From: Chitinophagaceae bacterium
GTDB taxonomy: Bacteria; Bacteroidota; Bacteroidia; Chitinophagales; Chitinophagaceae
Length of the DNA stretch: 64,000 nucleotides
Direction: 5' to 3'
Assembly: GCA_965200945.1 (NCBI GenBank)
Contig: OZ241749.1
Coordinates: 2,268,212 to 2,332,211 of the forward strand
Part shown: positions 19,931 to 29,217 of the stretch, piece by piece
Layout of the letters: each line of letters opens with the position of its first letter
Numbering within the stretch: position 1 is the stretch's first letter
Translations under genes and position numbers: made by a program
The notes under the pieces: generated by a model
What the model was told of the DNA's origin: nothing
Seen by the model: only the letters and a program-made list of their open reading frames with translations
The model's database searches: none

Positions 19931-19971
19931 CTGTCATAGAGCGTAAATTTTTTAAATGTAAGGAGGGATTC

Positions 19972-20445
19972 ATGAGTGATTATAACTATGTTTCAAAAGA
20001 GGCATTTGAACAAATGAGGTCGGACCTGCACCGGATGAAGTCTGTGGACAGGCCTGCAGCTTCGCGAGCGATCGCAGAAGCCCGTGAGAAGGGAGATCTG
20101 AAAGAAAACGCGGAATACGACGCTGCCAAGGAAGCACAGGGCCTGCTGGAAGCCAAGATACAGCAGATGGAAACTGTGATCGCCAATGCCCGCATCATCG
20201 ACGCGAAAGATATCGATACCAGCAAGGTAAGCCTGCTCTCGAAAGTCACCATCACCAATGTGGCCACCCGCAAATCAGTGACATACCAGGTGGTAGGTGA
20301 AAAAGAAGCCGATATCAAAGCGGGTAAAATTTCCGTGACCTCCCCCATCGGAAAAGGTTTGTTCGGCAAACAGGTCGGCGAAGTAGCCGAGATCGTAGCC
20401 CCGAATGGCAAAATGAAATTCAAGGTAGACAATATATCGGTATAA
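19972..20445 (+). CDS. greA: transcription elongation factor GreA
   Basis: Internal ATG gives MSDYNYVSKEAFEQM.... Motifs DLKENAEYDAAKE and SPIGKGLFGKQVGE are present. 157 aa. Confidence 0.9.
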   Translation: MSDYNYVSKEAFEQMRSDLHRMKSVDRPAASRAIAEAREKGDLKENAEYDAAKEAQGLLEAKIQQMETVIANARIIDAKDIDTSKVSLLSKVTITNVATRKSVTYQVVGEKEADIKAGKISVTSPIGKGLFGKQVGEVAEIVAPNGKMKFKVDNISV

Positions 20446-20469
20446 GCTATCAGCCCGGTACACTCGAAA

Positions 20470-20497
20470 GTCAGGAAATTTTCCTGGCTTTTTTTGT
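20470..20497 (+). terminator. intrinsic terminator after greA
   Basis: gtcaggaa/ttcctggc stem followed by ttttttt. Confidence 0.55.
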
Positions 20498-20526
20498 GGA
20501 AGGAACTTAGATGTAAATTTGGAACC

Positions 20527-20919
20527 ATGACCATCTTTTCAAAGATCATTCAGCAACAGATCCCCTCGTACAGGATTGCCGAGAACGACCTGTTCTATGC
20601 TTTCCTCGATATTTCGCCGATGGTAAAAGGCCACACGCTGGTAGTACCCAAAGCTGAAATTGATAAGTTCTTCGATATGCCCCAGGATTACCTGCGTGAA
20701 CTGCTCCTGTTTGCCCAGCCGATCGCCCGGGCGATCGAGCAGGCGTTCGACTGCAAACGCTGCGGCCTGTCTGCCATCGGCCTTGAAGTGCCCCACGCGC
20801 ATCTGCACCTGGTACCCATCAATTCGGCAGACGACCTCAACTTCACCCGCCCGAAGCTACAGCTGCCGGCCGCTGAAATGGAGGAAGCCCGCACGCTGAT
20901 CCTTCAGCACCTGCGCTGA
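20527..20919 (+). CDS. HIT family hydrolase
   Basis: MTIFSKIIQQQIP..., with the histidine triad HAHLHLVP. Confidence 0.85.
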   Translation: MTIFSKIIQQQIPSYRIAENDLFYAFLDISPMVKGHTLVVPKAEIDKFFDMPQDYLRELLLFAQPIARAIEQAFDCKRCGLSAIGLEVPHAHLHLVPINSADDLNFTRPKLQLPAAEMEEARTLILQHLR

Positions 20920-20925
20920 ATGGTC

Positions 20926-20933
20926 TATATTTG
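20926..20933 (+). promoter_or_regulatory. Bacteroidota -7 box TATATTTG upstream of the envelope operon
   Basis: Exact TAnnTTTG match just after the HIT gene stop and 52 nt before the ATG at 20985. Confidence 0.4.
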
Positions 20934-20984
20934 CCCGCGTTAAAACCCGGATGCAGCCGCGTCCTTTTTAAAAGATCAGAGTTC

Positions 20985-21701
20985 ATGAACAAACATCTTA
21001 CCGCCGCCCTCCTTTGCCTTTTGGTGATTGCCGGCAGCGCATTTTTCCACCGTCCCTACCTGCTCGAAAAAATGTCGGCCAATATGGTCAGCAAACAAGT
21101 GCAGGGCGGCAAATCGGTCACCATCAAAGGCGAGATCTATTATACCCACGACGGCAACATGGTCACCAACTTCATCTTTCCCAAACCTTATGTGGTCGTT
21201 TCCAACCGGCTTGGCGAAGTGAAATTGTATGATCCGGCTGCCAACACGGTGCTGCAATACCAGAATTATCTCTTCAGTACCCAGTCTTCCCAGTTTTATT
21301 ATTTCCTCTCTGGCAAAGTGGCCGACATGGGTTTATCGGATGTCGGCTACGTGCAGGAAAAGACCTATCCGGAGAACAACCGGCTCATCTCCCTCTGGAA
21401 ACTCAAGACCCCCGACAAAAAATCCACCATCCAGCGTGTGAAACTGGTGTACCAGGGACAGAAACCCGTGTATATGCACTATGAAGATGCGGCGGGCAAG
21501 ATCATCCGCAAGGTGTTTTATTATAATTACACGCAAATTGAAAACAATTCATTCCCGAGTACGAGCACCGAGATCGTGTATGGTGAAGGTGATTCCACGG
21601 TTACCAAGACCAGTTTCACCGATTTCAAATTCAACCAGGATGCCAACAGCCAGTACTTCAATTTCAAGATTCCTTCCAATGCAAAAATCGAAAAGCAATG
21701 A
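20985..21701 (+). CDS. hypothetical secreted or membrane-anchored beta-rich protein (possible LolA/LolB-like fold)
   Basis: ATG at 20985 gives MNKHLTAALLCLLVIAGSAFF. It is the first gene of a translationally coupled four-gene set. The fold assignment is only an impression from the sequence pattern. Confidence 0.5.
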   Translation: MNKHLTAALLCLLVIAGSAFFHRPYLLEKMSANMVSKQVQGGKSVTIKGEIYYTHDGNMVTNFIFPKPYVVVSNRLGEVKLYDPAANTVLQYQNYLFSTQSSQFYYFLSGKVADMGLSDVGYVQEKTYPENNRLISLWKLKTPDKKSTIQRVKLVYQGQKPVYMHYEDAAGKIIRKVFYYNYTQIENNSFPSTSTEIVYGEGDSTVTKTSFTDFKFNQDANSQYFNFKIPSNAKIEKQ

Positions 21702-22150
21702 GTAAGCTGCTGCTGGTCACTGCCCTTCTGCTAGTTTCATCCATGCTGCATGCTCAGAACTGGAACGCTGATCTGGCGCTGCTTCGCGGGGATGCTTCCG
21801 GCGGCGTACCAGACGCTTACTACCAGCGGCCGGGCAATAACGGCAACGTGATCGATACAAAAGGAAAAGATGTGGTCTCGAAATACAATCCGCTCACCCT
21901 GTTGCTGAAAGGCACCATGTTCACTTACCAGCATGTGATCTCCCCGCAGCTGTCGCGGCACTGCCCCTACGAGATCACCTGCTCCAATTTCAGCAAGCAG
22001 TCGATCCAGGAGTTCGGCATCGTGAAAGGTGTTTTCCTGAGCGCCGACCGCATCCTGCGCTGCAACAGGATCGGCATCCTCGATACCGACGTGCTCGATT
22101 TCAACGACAAAGACGGCACCATCAAAGACGCTCCAAACAAATACCGATAA
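21698..22150 (+). CDS. YidD-family protein, long form with N-terminal signal peptide
   Basis: The core YQHVISPQLSRHCPYEITCSNFSKQSIQEFGIVKGVFLSADRILRC aligns with E. coli YidD ([35 protein letters not shown]...RVLKC). There is an ATGA overlap with the upstream gene. Confidence 0.7.
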   Translation: MSKLLLVTALLLVSSMLHAQNWNADLALLRGDASGGVPDAYYQRPGNNGNVIDTKGKDVVSKYNPLTLLLKGTMFTYQHVISPQLSRHCPYEITCSNFSKQSIQEFGIVKGVFLSADRILRCNRIGILDTDVLDFNDKDGTIKDAPNKYR

Positions 22151-23037
22151 TGACCTTGATGGCCGCCCGTGCACGACGGCTCCTGCTGTCTGGTGTGCTC
22201 CTGCTACTTTTTACGCAAGTCCTTTTTTCGCAGCGGTTTTCTTTTCCGGAAGAGATCCGGTTTGTGCAGTACCTGCAGGACAAAGACCTTTTCCGCGATG
22301 CGCAGTTTGTGCTGAGCAGGATCGACACCAGTGCGCTTTCGGTGTCGCAGAAAGACACCGTGTTCTATCTCTCCGGCTGGGCCGCCTATAATTTCAAACA
22401 ACTCCATCTCTCTGCCGACCAGCTGCTGAAAGTATCTGCTTCCTTTCCCCTGTATAAAAAAAGCCGCTTGTTCGCCGGTTACAACCTGGCTTTCCAGGGC
22501 AGTCACGATTCTGCGCGGAGCATCGTAAGCGGACTTTCCCTTACTGACAGCATCGATCGTGAAGTGCAGCAGTTCGAGCTTGCCGGCATCGCCCTGCTTC
22601 GAAGAGACTACCCGGAATATGCCAGAAGGCAGAAAGGCTTTACCTACACATCGTACGCACTCGAAAAGCAGGAACGGAATTTCGGACGCTACGACAGCAC
22701 GATGGGCAGCCACAAACGAAGGTCACCTTTCCTTGCGGGCCTATACAGCGCCGCACTGCCGGGTGCCGGAAAGTTTTATGCAGGCAAGAAAAGCCAGGGC
22801 ATCGCGGCCTTTCTGCCTATCCTCTCCCTGGGGGCCATTACCTACGAAGCCTACCGGAAAGGAGGCGTGAAAAGCGCGCGCTTCATCGGCTTCGGCTCGT
22901 TGTTCACCGTGTTCTATGTGGGTAATATCTGGGGCAGCGTATTATCAGTCAAGATCAAACAGAATGAATTTTACCGGGCTTATGACAACCAGATCCTTTT
23001 TGACATGCATATTCCTTTGCGCAGCCTCTACAATTAA
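22150..23037 (+). CDS. hypothetical TPR-like protein with C-terminal 2-TM hairpin (PGAGKFYAGK motif)
   Basis: It has a signal/anchor sequence, a helical repeat region, and then LPGAGKFYAGKKSQGIAAFLPILSLGAI. There is a TAATG overlap with the YidD-like gene. Confidence 0.5.
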   Translation: MTLMAARARRLLLSGVLLLLFTQVLFSQRFSFPEEIRFVQYLQDKDLFRDAQFVLSRIDTSALSVSQKDTVFYLSGWAAYNFKQLHLSADQLLKVSASFPLYKKSRLFAGYNLAFQGSHDSARSIVSGLSLTDSIDREVQQFELAGIALLRRDYPEYARRQKGFTYTSYALEKQERNFGRYDSTMGSHKRRSPFLAGLYSAALPGAGKFYAGKKSQGIAAFLPILSLGAITYEAYRKGGVKSARFIGFGSLFTVFYVGNIWGSVLSVKIKQNEFYRAYDNQILFDMHIPLRSLYN

Positions 23038-23821
23038 GGCGCAGGTGGCCGATCCGCTGCCGTATGCAGACAGCCTCTTTCAGCATCGCGCATGGTACGA
23101 GGCTTCCATCGCCTATGAGCGGGCGCTGTTCCTGAATACCGGTGAGGCCAGCAAACGCTATGCTGTCGACCGCAAGATACAATGCCTCAAGCAGCTGCAC
23201 GAATGGGCACAGGCCATCACATTCATCAAAGCCAACCTGAATGAAACGCTGCCCGACAGTGTCAGCTTCCGGTTGTATTACGAAGAGATCCTGTGTGCTT
23301 ACCTGGGCGGCAATTATGAAAATGCGTTGTCGGTCATCGAGCAGGTGAAATTTTCTTATGCACAGTACCAGGCCGATAAGAGGCTGATGCTGTTCAGGAT
23401 CCTTTCGCTCAACGAGCTTGAACGATGGAGTGAAGCGGCCTCCGTGTACAAGCAACTGATGCTGCAACAGAACATGGATACAGCAGCCAGCCCCTATCTC
23501 GCCCTTCCGCACCTCAAAAGCAAGGACAGGGCACAGTGGCTGTCGACCTTTATTCCGGGGGGCGGACAATTCTATGCCGGCAAACCGCTGGAAGCCATTG
23601 TTTCGATCGTGGCGCAGGGTGCTGGGATCTATTTCGGCGTGATCAGCTTTCAGCAGCATTATTATGTTGCCGCCTGGCTGGTAGGCGCCGGCCTGTTCGG
23701 CTCATTCCACATGGGAGGTGTGCGGCGCTCCGAAGTGCTGGTAGATCAGTACAACCGCAAGAAGATAGCTGCGTTCAATCTGAAAGTAAAAGAAGAGCTG
23801 CTGAAGCTGATGGAGCAATAA
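22982..23821 (+). CDS. hypothetical TPR-like protein with C-terminal 2-TM hairpin (PGGGQFYAGK motif), paralogue of the preceding gene
   Basis: Signal peptide MTTRSFLTCIFLCAASTIKAQ, with an alternative ATG at 22964. The motif IPGGGQFYAGKPLEAIVSIV is present. The gene overlaps its upstream neighbour by 56 nt. Confidence 0.5.
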   Translation: MTTRSFLTCIFLCAASTIKAQVADPLPYADSLFQHRAWYEASIAYERALFLNTGEASKRYAVDRKIQCLKQLHEWAQAITFIKANLNETLPDSVSFRLYYEEILCAYLGGNYENALSVIEQVKFSYAQYQADKRLMLFRILSLNELERWSEAASVYKQLMLQQNMDTAASPYLALPHLKSKDRAQWLSTFIPGGGQFYAGKPLEAIVSIVAQGAGIYFGVISFQQHYYVAAWLVGAGLFGSFHMGGVRRSEVLVDQYNRKKIAAFNLKVKEELLKLMEQ

Positions 23822-23824
23822 AAA

Positions 23825-23847
23825 AGCCGCATCCAGGGGATGCGGCT
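23825..23847 (-). terminator. hairpin between convergent genes; a U-tract is present for the minus-strand TM2 gene
   Basis: agccgcatcc - agg - ggatgcggct, a 10-bp perfect stem. The plus-strand A5 immediately upstream gives U5 on the minus-strand transcript. Confidence 0.6.
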
Positions 23848-23878
23848 GATAGAAATATTTATACGTGAGAGAACGGAA

Positions 23879-24346
23879 TTACATGTTTCCGCCGGACCAC
23901 ATAAAGAACTTCGGATTGTTGGTGTACGGGCTGAGATCTGCGTTGTGTACGATCAGCACGATAAGGTCAACCAAAGGAACGATACCGAAGATACCGCCGC
24001 AGGTCAGGATATAACCAACCCAGGTAAAGGTTTTGGTACCGAGATAAAGACGGTGGATACCCAGTCCGCCCAGGAACAGGTTCAGGAGAAGGGCTGTAAC
24101 AAAACTTTTGTCGCTGGCTGCGTAAAAGGCTTTGTTGGAAGCAGATTTTGTAACGTCGGAATTATTCAGCAGAGAAACAGATGCAGAAGTGAGACTTACA
24201 TCTTCACTGCTGGCAAACAGGTTTTCTATTTGCTGGTCATTTACAGTATACCCATCAGTAAGAGGTGCAGAAGCAGCCGGTGCCGCCGCAAAGGAACAAA
24301 GCGAAAAGAAACACCCTGCCAGGAACAGATAAAAAGCTTTTTTCAT
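23879..24346 (-). CDS. TM2 domain-containing membrane protein
   Basis: Signal peptide, then FLGGLGIHRLYLGTKTFTWVGYILTCGGIFGIVPLVD, which is typical of TM2 domains. Confidence 0.75.
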   Translation of the reverse strand: MKKAFYLFLAGCFFSLCSFAAAPAASAPLTDGYTVNDQQIENLFASSEDVSLTSASVSLLNNSDVTKSASNKAFYAASDKSFVTALLLNLFLGGLGIHRLYLGTKTFTWVGYILTCGGIFGIVPLVDLIVLIVHNADLSPYTNNPKFFMWSGGNM

Positions 24347-24480
24347 AATGATTGTTTTGTGCGGTTAAAGATAAAAAATTTTGGGTATTATCTTCCATCG
24401 AAAAACGATTTTATTCCCCTTAAAAGGTACATCTTAGATAAACTGTCAGAATTCATGTACGAAATGCAATTCTAACCGGT

Positions 24481-25047
24481 TCAACTGTTTAAGATCTTCG
24501 CCGGATTTTTTGCGATAAAGTCGCCCCACCCCTTCAATTTTTCTGCGGCGGACGGTAACGATGACCGGGTCTGGTAATGGTGGCAGATGGCTGTGGCGAG
24601 CGCATCGGATGAATCGAGGTATTCCGGCGCTTCTTTGAGCAGCACGATGCGCTCCAGCATTTTCCACACCTGCTCTTTTGCCGCATTTCCTTTGCCGGTG
24701 ATGGACTGCTTTATCTTTCTGGGTGAATATTCTGTAACGGACACCCCTGACTCCATGGCGGCGGCGATAGCGACGCCCTGGGCGCGGCCCAGCTTCAGCA
24801 TGCTCTGTACATTTTTACCAAAGAAAGGCGCCTCGATGGCGCAGGCGTCCGGCTTGAAACTACGGATGATCTCCTGCACACTGCGGTGGATCATTTCAAG
24901 CCGCTCGAAGTGATCCTGTTTTGAAGAGAGCTTAAGTACACTCATGTTCAATAAAGTGATCTTGTCGTGCTCTACCCGGATGATACCGTAACCCATTACG
25001 ATGGTTCCGGGGTCAATGCCTAGAATTATTTTTGAGTGCTTTTCCAA
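24481..25047 (-). CDS. ruvC: crossover junction endodeoxyribonuclease RuvC
   Basis: ILGIDPGTIVMGYGII, AIEAPFFGKNVQSMLKLGRAQG, and a C-terminal DALATAICH motif. Confidence 0.9.
   Translation of the reverse strand: MEKHSKIILGIDPGTIVMGYGIIRVEHDKITLLNMSVLKLSSKQDHFERLEMIHRSVQEIIRSFKPDACAIEAPFFGKNVQSMLKLGRAQGVAIAAAMESGVSVTEYSPRKIKQSITGKGNAAKEQVWKMLERIVLLKEAPEYLDSSDALATAICHHYQTRSSLPSAAEKLKGWGDFIAKNPAKILNS
25027..25034 (+). promoter_or_regulatory. Bacteroidota -7 box TATTTTTG upstream of the flippase-like gene
   Basis: Exact TAnnTTTG match 40 nt before the ATG at 25074. It lies within the first codons of the divergent ruvC. Confidence 0.3.
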
Positions 25048-25073
25048 ATGGGGAGGTTATTTTTACGGATTTC

Positions 25074-26075
25074 ATGACGAGGCTGAACAAAAATATCAAA
25101 ATCTTTCTCAACTATATTTTAGGCCCGTTATTATTTATCTGGCTATCGGTTTCCATCTACCGGCAGATCCGGTCGCAGCCTGGGCTTGAAGACGCTGTAA
25201 GTGGCGTCAGGCAGGCGTTTCAGCACGGTGAAGGGTGGAAAATCTGGACGGTGCTTCTCTGCATGGCCTTGAACTGGGGCGTAGAAGCCAGAAAGTTCCA
25301 GGTGTTGCTGTCTCCACTCGAAAAGATCGGGATAGGCAAAGCGTTCAGGGCCATCCTGTCGGGCATTGCGTTTTCCATCAGTACACCCAACCGCGTGGGA
25401 GAATACCCGGGGAAGGTCTTGCTTGTACAGGAAGGCAACCGGCTCCGGGCCTTGTCGCTCATTGCGGCCGGAAATTTCAGTCAGCTGATCGTGACCCTGT
25501 TCACCGGCACCGGCGGGCTCTTCTTTCTTATTTATTCAAAAGATTCTGCAACGTCTGCGCTTCATGCGAGGTCTTATTTCCAATGGATACCGGTAGGCCT
25601 GCTGGCGGTAGGACTTACAGCATTAACAGCCCTTTTAACATATTTCAGGCTCGGCAGCGTTATAGATCTGTTCGGCAAAGTATCCTGGCTCCGGAAAGCT
25701 ACGACTTATATGGAAGTGGTGAAAGAAATGACGGGAAAGACGCTGTTGCAGGTGTTCGGATTATCATGTTTGCGATACGGGATATTTGCATTGCAGTATA
25801 TTCTCCTGTTGCAGCTGATGCAGGTCGACGTGACGGCATGGCAGGCTTTCTGGTTGATCTGCATTATTTTTCTGATCCTGTCAATTGTGCCGACCATTGC
25901 GTTTGCCGAACTGGGCATCAGAGGCCAGATCAGCCTCGAATTGTTTGGTTTGTATAGTGTTAACCGCTTTGGCATAATAGCTGCATCTGTTGGTATCTGG
26001 GTGATCAACCTGCTGATACCGGCAGTCATTGGCAGTTTGTTAGTTTTAAGAATTAAAATCTTTAGCAGTAAATGA
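25074..26075 (+). CDS. flippase-like (lysylphosphatidylglycerol synthase TM region / UPF0104) membrane protein
   Basis: The ATG at 25074 avoids overlap with ruvC. About 8 TM helices and an NRVGEYPGK motif. Confidence 0.6.
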   Translation: MTRLNKNIKIFLNYILGPLLFIWLSVSIYRQIRSQPGLEDAVSGVRQAFQHGEGWKIWTVLLCMALNWGVEARKFQVLLSPLEKIGIGKAFRAILSGIAFSISTPNRVGEYPGKVLLVQEGNRLRALSLIAAGNFSQLIVTLFTGTGGLFFLIYSKDSATSALHARSYFQWIPVGLLAVGLTALTALLTYFRLGSVIDLFGKVSWLRKATTYMEVVKEMTGKTLLQVFGLSCLRYGIFALQYILLLQLMQVDVTAWQAFWLICIIFLILSIVPTIAFAELGIRGQISLELFGLYSVNRFGIIAASVGIWVINLLIPAVIGSLLVLRIKIFSSK

Positions 26076-26860
26076 GGGAAACAATTTTAAGTATCCTGTT
26101 CTTACTGAGCTTACACCTGAAGGCCGGCACCGAAAACTGCAGCCCCGGTAACAATTCGTTTGTTGCAGGAGAAACCATGACCTTCAAAGCTTTCTATACC
26201 CTCGCAGGTATTTATGTAAGCGCCGGCGAAGCGACCTTCCGGGTTATCCTTGACCATTACGGCAGCAAACCCGTGTATCATATCATCGGAGAAGGAAAGA
26301 CCTATTCTTTTTATGACGGATTCTTCCGTGTGAGAGACCGCTATGAAACCGTGATCGACACCGCCACACTGCAGCCTTACCGGTTCCTCCGTAACATCAA
26401 CGAAGGCAATTATCACAAATCGCAGAATGTAACGTTCAACCAAATTACCAACACTGCCATCAGCGCCGATAGCATAGTGAAGATCCCTCCCTGCACACAG
26501 GATGTGATCAGCCTGCTGTACAACGCCCGCAACATCAACTTCAACAGTTACAAGGTAAACGACAAGATACCCATCACCATGTATCTCGACAACGAGATCT
26601 ACAATATCTATATCCGCTACATGGGCAAGGAAAATGTGAAAACAAAATACGGAAAGTTCAAGGCCATCAAACTGCGCCCGCTGCTGATCAAAGGTTCCGT
26701 ATTCGAAGGCGGAGAAAAAATGACGGCCTGGATCAGCGACGACCAGAATCATATTCCCCTGCGCGTGGAAAGCGCCATCACCGTAGGCAGCATCAAGATC
26801 GACATGATGGACCACAGCAACATGCGGTACCCGTTCACCGCCTTGATCGAAGTGAGGTAA
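26072..26860 (+). CDS. DUF3108-like secreted protein
   Basis: 4-nt overlap with the upstream gene. The patterns GETMTFKAFYTLAGIYVSAGEATF... and ...AWISDDQNHIPLRVES are typical of DUF3108. Confidence 0.6.
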   Translation: MRETILSILFLLSLHLKAGTENCSPGNNSFVAGETMTFKAFYTLAGIYVSAGEATFRVILDHYGSKPVYHIIGEGKTYSFYDGFFRVRDRYETVIDTATLQPYRFLRNINEGNYHKSQNVTFNQITNTAISADSIVKIPPCTQDVISLLYNARNINFNSYKVNDKIPITMYLDNEIYNIYIRYMGKENVKTKYGKFKAIKLRPLLIKGSVFEGGEKMTAWISDDQNHIPLRVESAITVGSIKIDMMDHSNMRYPFTALIEVR

Positions 26861-26945
26861 CAGATTGCATTCCCGTACAGACCGGGCGTTTCGCGTTTTT
26901 GGAATATCGATCCTGCGCATGCGGGAGACGCCACGCATGGCCTCT

Positions 26946-27785
26946 CTACAAGGCCGACAATTGGAAGCCCTCTCCGGCCCTGATCCCTTTCTCCGTCCTT
27001 TTCAGTTCACAGCATTCATTTACCGGATCATGCTCGAAATAGAGAAGATAGTTGCCTGCAGCCGCCTCCTCAAGGAAAGTCTTTTTTTCGGTCATGCTGT
27101 CGAGCGGGCGGGTATCGTATGCGGCGATATAAGACAACGGTATGTGGCCCACCGAAGGAATAAGATCGGCCATGTAAACAAGTTCGCGCCCCTTATAGCT
27201 GAGTTGTGGTAGCATCATGGCTTCGGTATGGCCCGACACGAACCGGATCTTCACGCCCGGCATGAATTCCACTCCGTCTGTTTGCTCTACCATCTTCAGT
27301 TGCCCGCTCTGCTCGATCGGCAGGATGTTCTCTTTCAGGAAGGAGGCCTTTTCACGCACATTGGGTTCGGTGGCCCATTTCCAGTGCGCTTCATTGCTCC
27401 AGTAAGTGGCATTTTTGAAGGCAGGCACCAGCTTCTCCCCTTCGCGCACGATGCTGCCGCCGCAATGATCGAAATGCAGGTGGGTGAGCAGCACATCCGT
27501 GACATCCGCTGGCGAAAAGCCGTGTTGCTTCAGCGAACTTTCAAGTGTATCGGGACCATGCAAGAAATAATGACTGAAAAACTTTTCATCCTGCTTGCCG
27601 CCCACGCCATTGTCTACCAGTACCAGCCGGTTCCCATCTTCTATAAGCAGGCAACGCATGGCCCAGGTGCAGAGATTGTTCTCGTCTGCGGGGTTCAGCT
27701 TGTTCCAAATGGATTTCGGGACCACGCCGTACATGGCGCCGCCGTCGAGCTTGAACAGTTCGGTGTTGATGGTGTAAAGGTTCAT
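26946..27785 (-). CDS. MBL-fold metallo-hydrolase
   Basis: THLHFDHCGG motif and a downstream H/D ligand pattern. Confidence 0.8.
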   Translation of the reverse strand: MNLYTINTELFKLDGGAMYGVVPKSIWNKLNPADENNLCTWAMRCLLIEDGNRLVLVDNGVGGKQDEKFFSHYFLHGPDTLESSLKQHGFSPADVTDVLLTHLHFDHCGGSIVREGEKLVPAFKNATYWSNEAHWKWATEPNVREKASFLKENILPIEQSGQLKMVEQTDGVEFMPGVKIRFVSGHTEAMMLPQLSYKGRELVYMADLIPSVGHIPLSYIAAYDTRPLDSMTEKKTFLEEAAAGNYLLYFEHDPVNECCELKRTEKGIRAGEGFQLSAL

Positions 27786-29125
27786 ACGGCGTACTGTTTT
27801 GCTAATTGCTTTTCCTTGGCAAGCGTGATAAAGAGGAGGATGAGGCCGATCACAAAATATATCATTACCACCAGCACAGAATTCTTCATGGAATTTGTGA
27901 TCTCGGTGATCAGTCCGAAGCTGAACATTCCGATCACGATGGCGATCTTTTCCGTGACATCGAAAAAGCTGAAATAAGACGCCGTGTCTTTGGTAACGGG
28001 CATCAGCTTGGAATAGGTAGACCTGCTCAGCGACTGGATGCCACCCATTACAAGCCCGACGATGGAAGCGAGCACATAAAAATGTATTTCCACGTTGGCG
28101 CCCGCATTGTGCAGAACCGCGATGTAATAAGCAGACAAGCAGATCCCTATCCAGATAAAGACAATAAAGATCAGTGTTTTAAAGTTGCCGATCCTTCTCG
28201 ACAAACCGGCGAGGCTCCAGGCACCCAGGATCGCCACCAGCTGGATGATGAGGATCGTAATGATGAGTTTACCGGCAGGGAGGTTCAGCTCCTTGCTTCC
28301 AAACAAGGTGGCCACCAGCATCACCGTTTGCACTCCCATGTTGTAAAAGAAAAAAGAGATCAGGAATCGTTTCAGCAACGGTTGCTGTCCCAGTTCGGTC
28401 AGCACCTTTTTCAATTCTATAAATCCGTTTGTAAAAATATTGTATCCTTCCCTGCGCGCGGCGGGTGTGCCCTTGGGTAGTCGGAAGAGCGTGATCTGTG
28501 CAAAGCCAAACCACCAGATGCCGACAAGAAGAAATGAAAAACGGGAAGGCAGGGTGCCATCGCCTTCCATACCGAACCATGCGGGTTTGAAAACAAAAAG
28601 GAAACAGATGAGCTGCATGAGCACACTGCCGATGTAGCCCATGGAAAATCCACGGGCGCTCACCGCATCCCGGTCATCGGGAGCCGCGATCTCGGGCAGG
28701 TAGGAATTGTAAAACACGAGACTGCTCCAGTATCCTATGCACGCAATGATGGAGCAAAAGATCGCTATGCCCAGTGTATCCACTCCCCGGAAAAAAAACA
28801 AACCTGCGCAGGCCAGGCTGCCCATGGTGCAGAAAAAACGGAGGAACACTTTTTTGTTGCCCTTGTAATCGGCGATGGAGGAAAGGATCGGAGACATCAC
28901 CGCCACCACCAGGAAGGCGACTGCCAGCACATAATTGTACAGTGAACTGCTTTCATACGTTCTTCCCAGAAAGCGTACATGGTCTATGGTATCGCCATTT
29001 CCGTCGCCGGTGATCGCATCGTAATAAGCCGGAAAGATCGTAGACGTGATCACCAGGTTGTACACCGAATTGGCCCAGTCGTACATGGCCCATCCGTTGA
29101 CAACTTTTTTGGAAGCAGTTTGCAT
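27782..29125 (-). CDS. MFS transporter (UMF1/Atg22-like)
   Basis: 447 aa with about 12 TM helices. The N-terminus (VNGWAMYDWANSVYNLVITSTIFPAYY) is typical of the UMF1 family. There is an ATGA overlap with the MBL hydrolase gene. Confidence 0.75.
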   Translation of the reverse strand: MQTASKKVVNGWAMYDWANSVYNLVITSTIFPAYYDAITGDGNGDTIDHVRFLGRTYESSSLYNYVLAVAFLVVAVMSPILSSIADYKGNKKVFLRFFCTMGSLACAGLFFFRGVDTLGIAIFCSIIACIGYWSSLVFYNSYLPEIAAPDDRDAVSARGFSMGYIGSVLMQLICFLFVFKPAWFGMEGDGTLPSRFSFLLVGIWWFGFAQITLFRLPKGTPAARREGYNIFTNGFIELKKVLTELGQQPLLKRFLISFFFYNMGVQTVMLVATLFGSKELNLPAGKLIITILIIQLVAILGAWSLAGLSRRIGNFKTLIFIVFIWIGICLSAYYIAVLHNAGANVEIHFYVLASIVGLVMGGIQSLSRSTYSKLMPVTKDTASYFSFFDVTEKIAIVIGMFSFGLITEITNSMKNSVLVVMIYFVIGLILLFITLAKEKQLAKQYAV

Positions 29126-29217
29126 GGCTTTGAAGGGTTGAAAAGGAGCAGATCATACTCTCGGCTGACGGCATGGGCCGCGCAGCTTTTCACTCCCGCT
29201 AAAGATAGGAAGATTGC

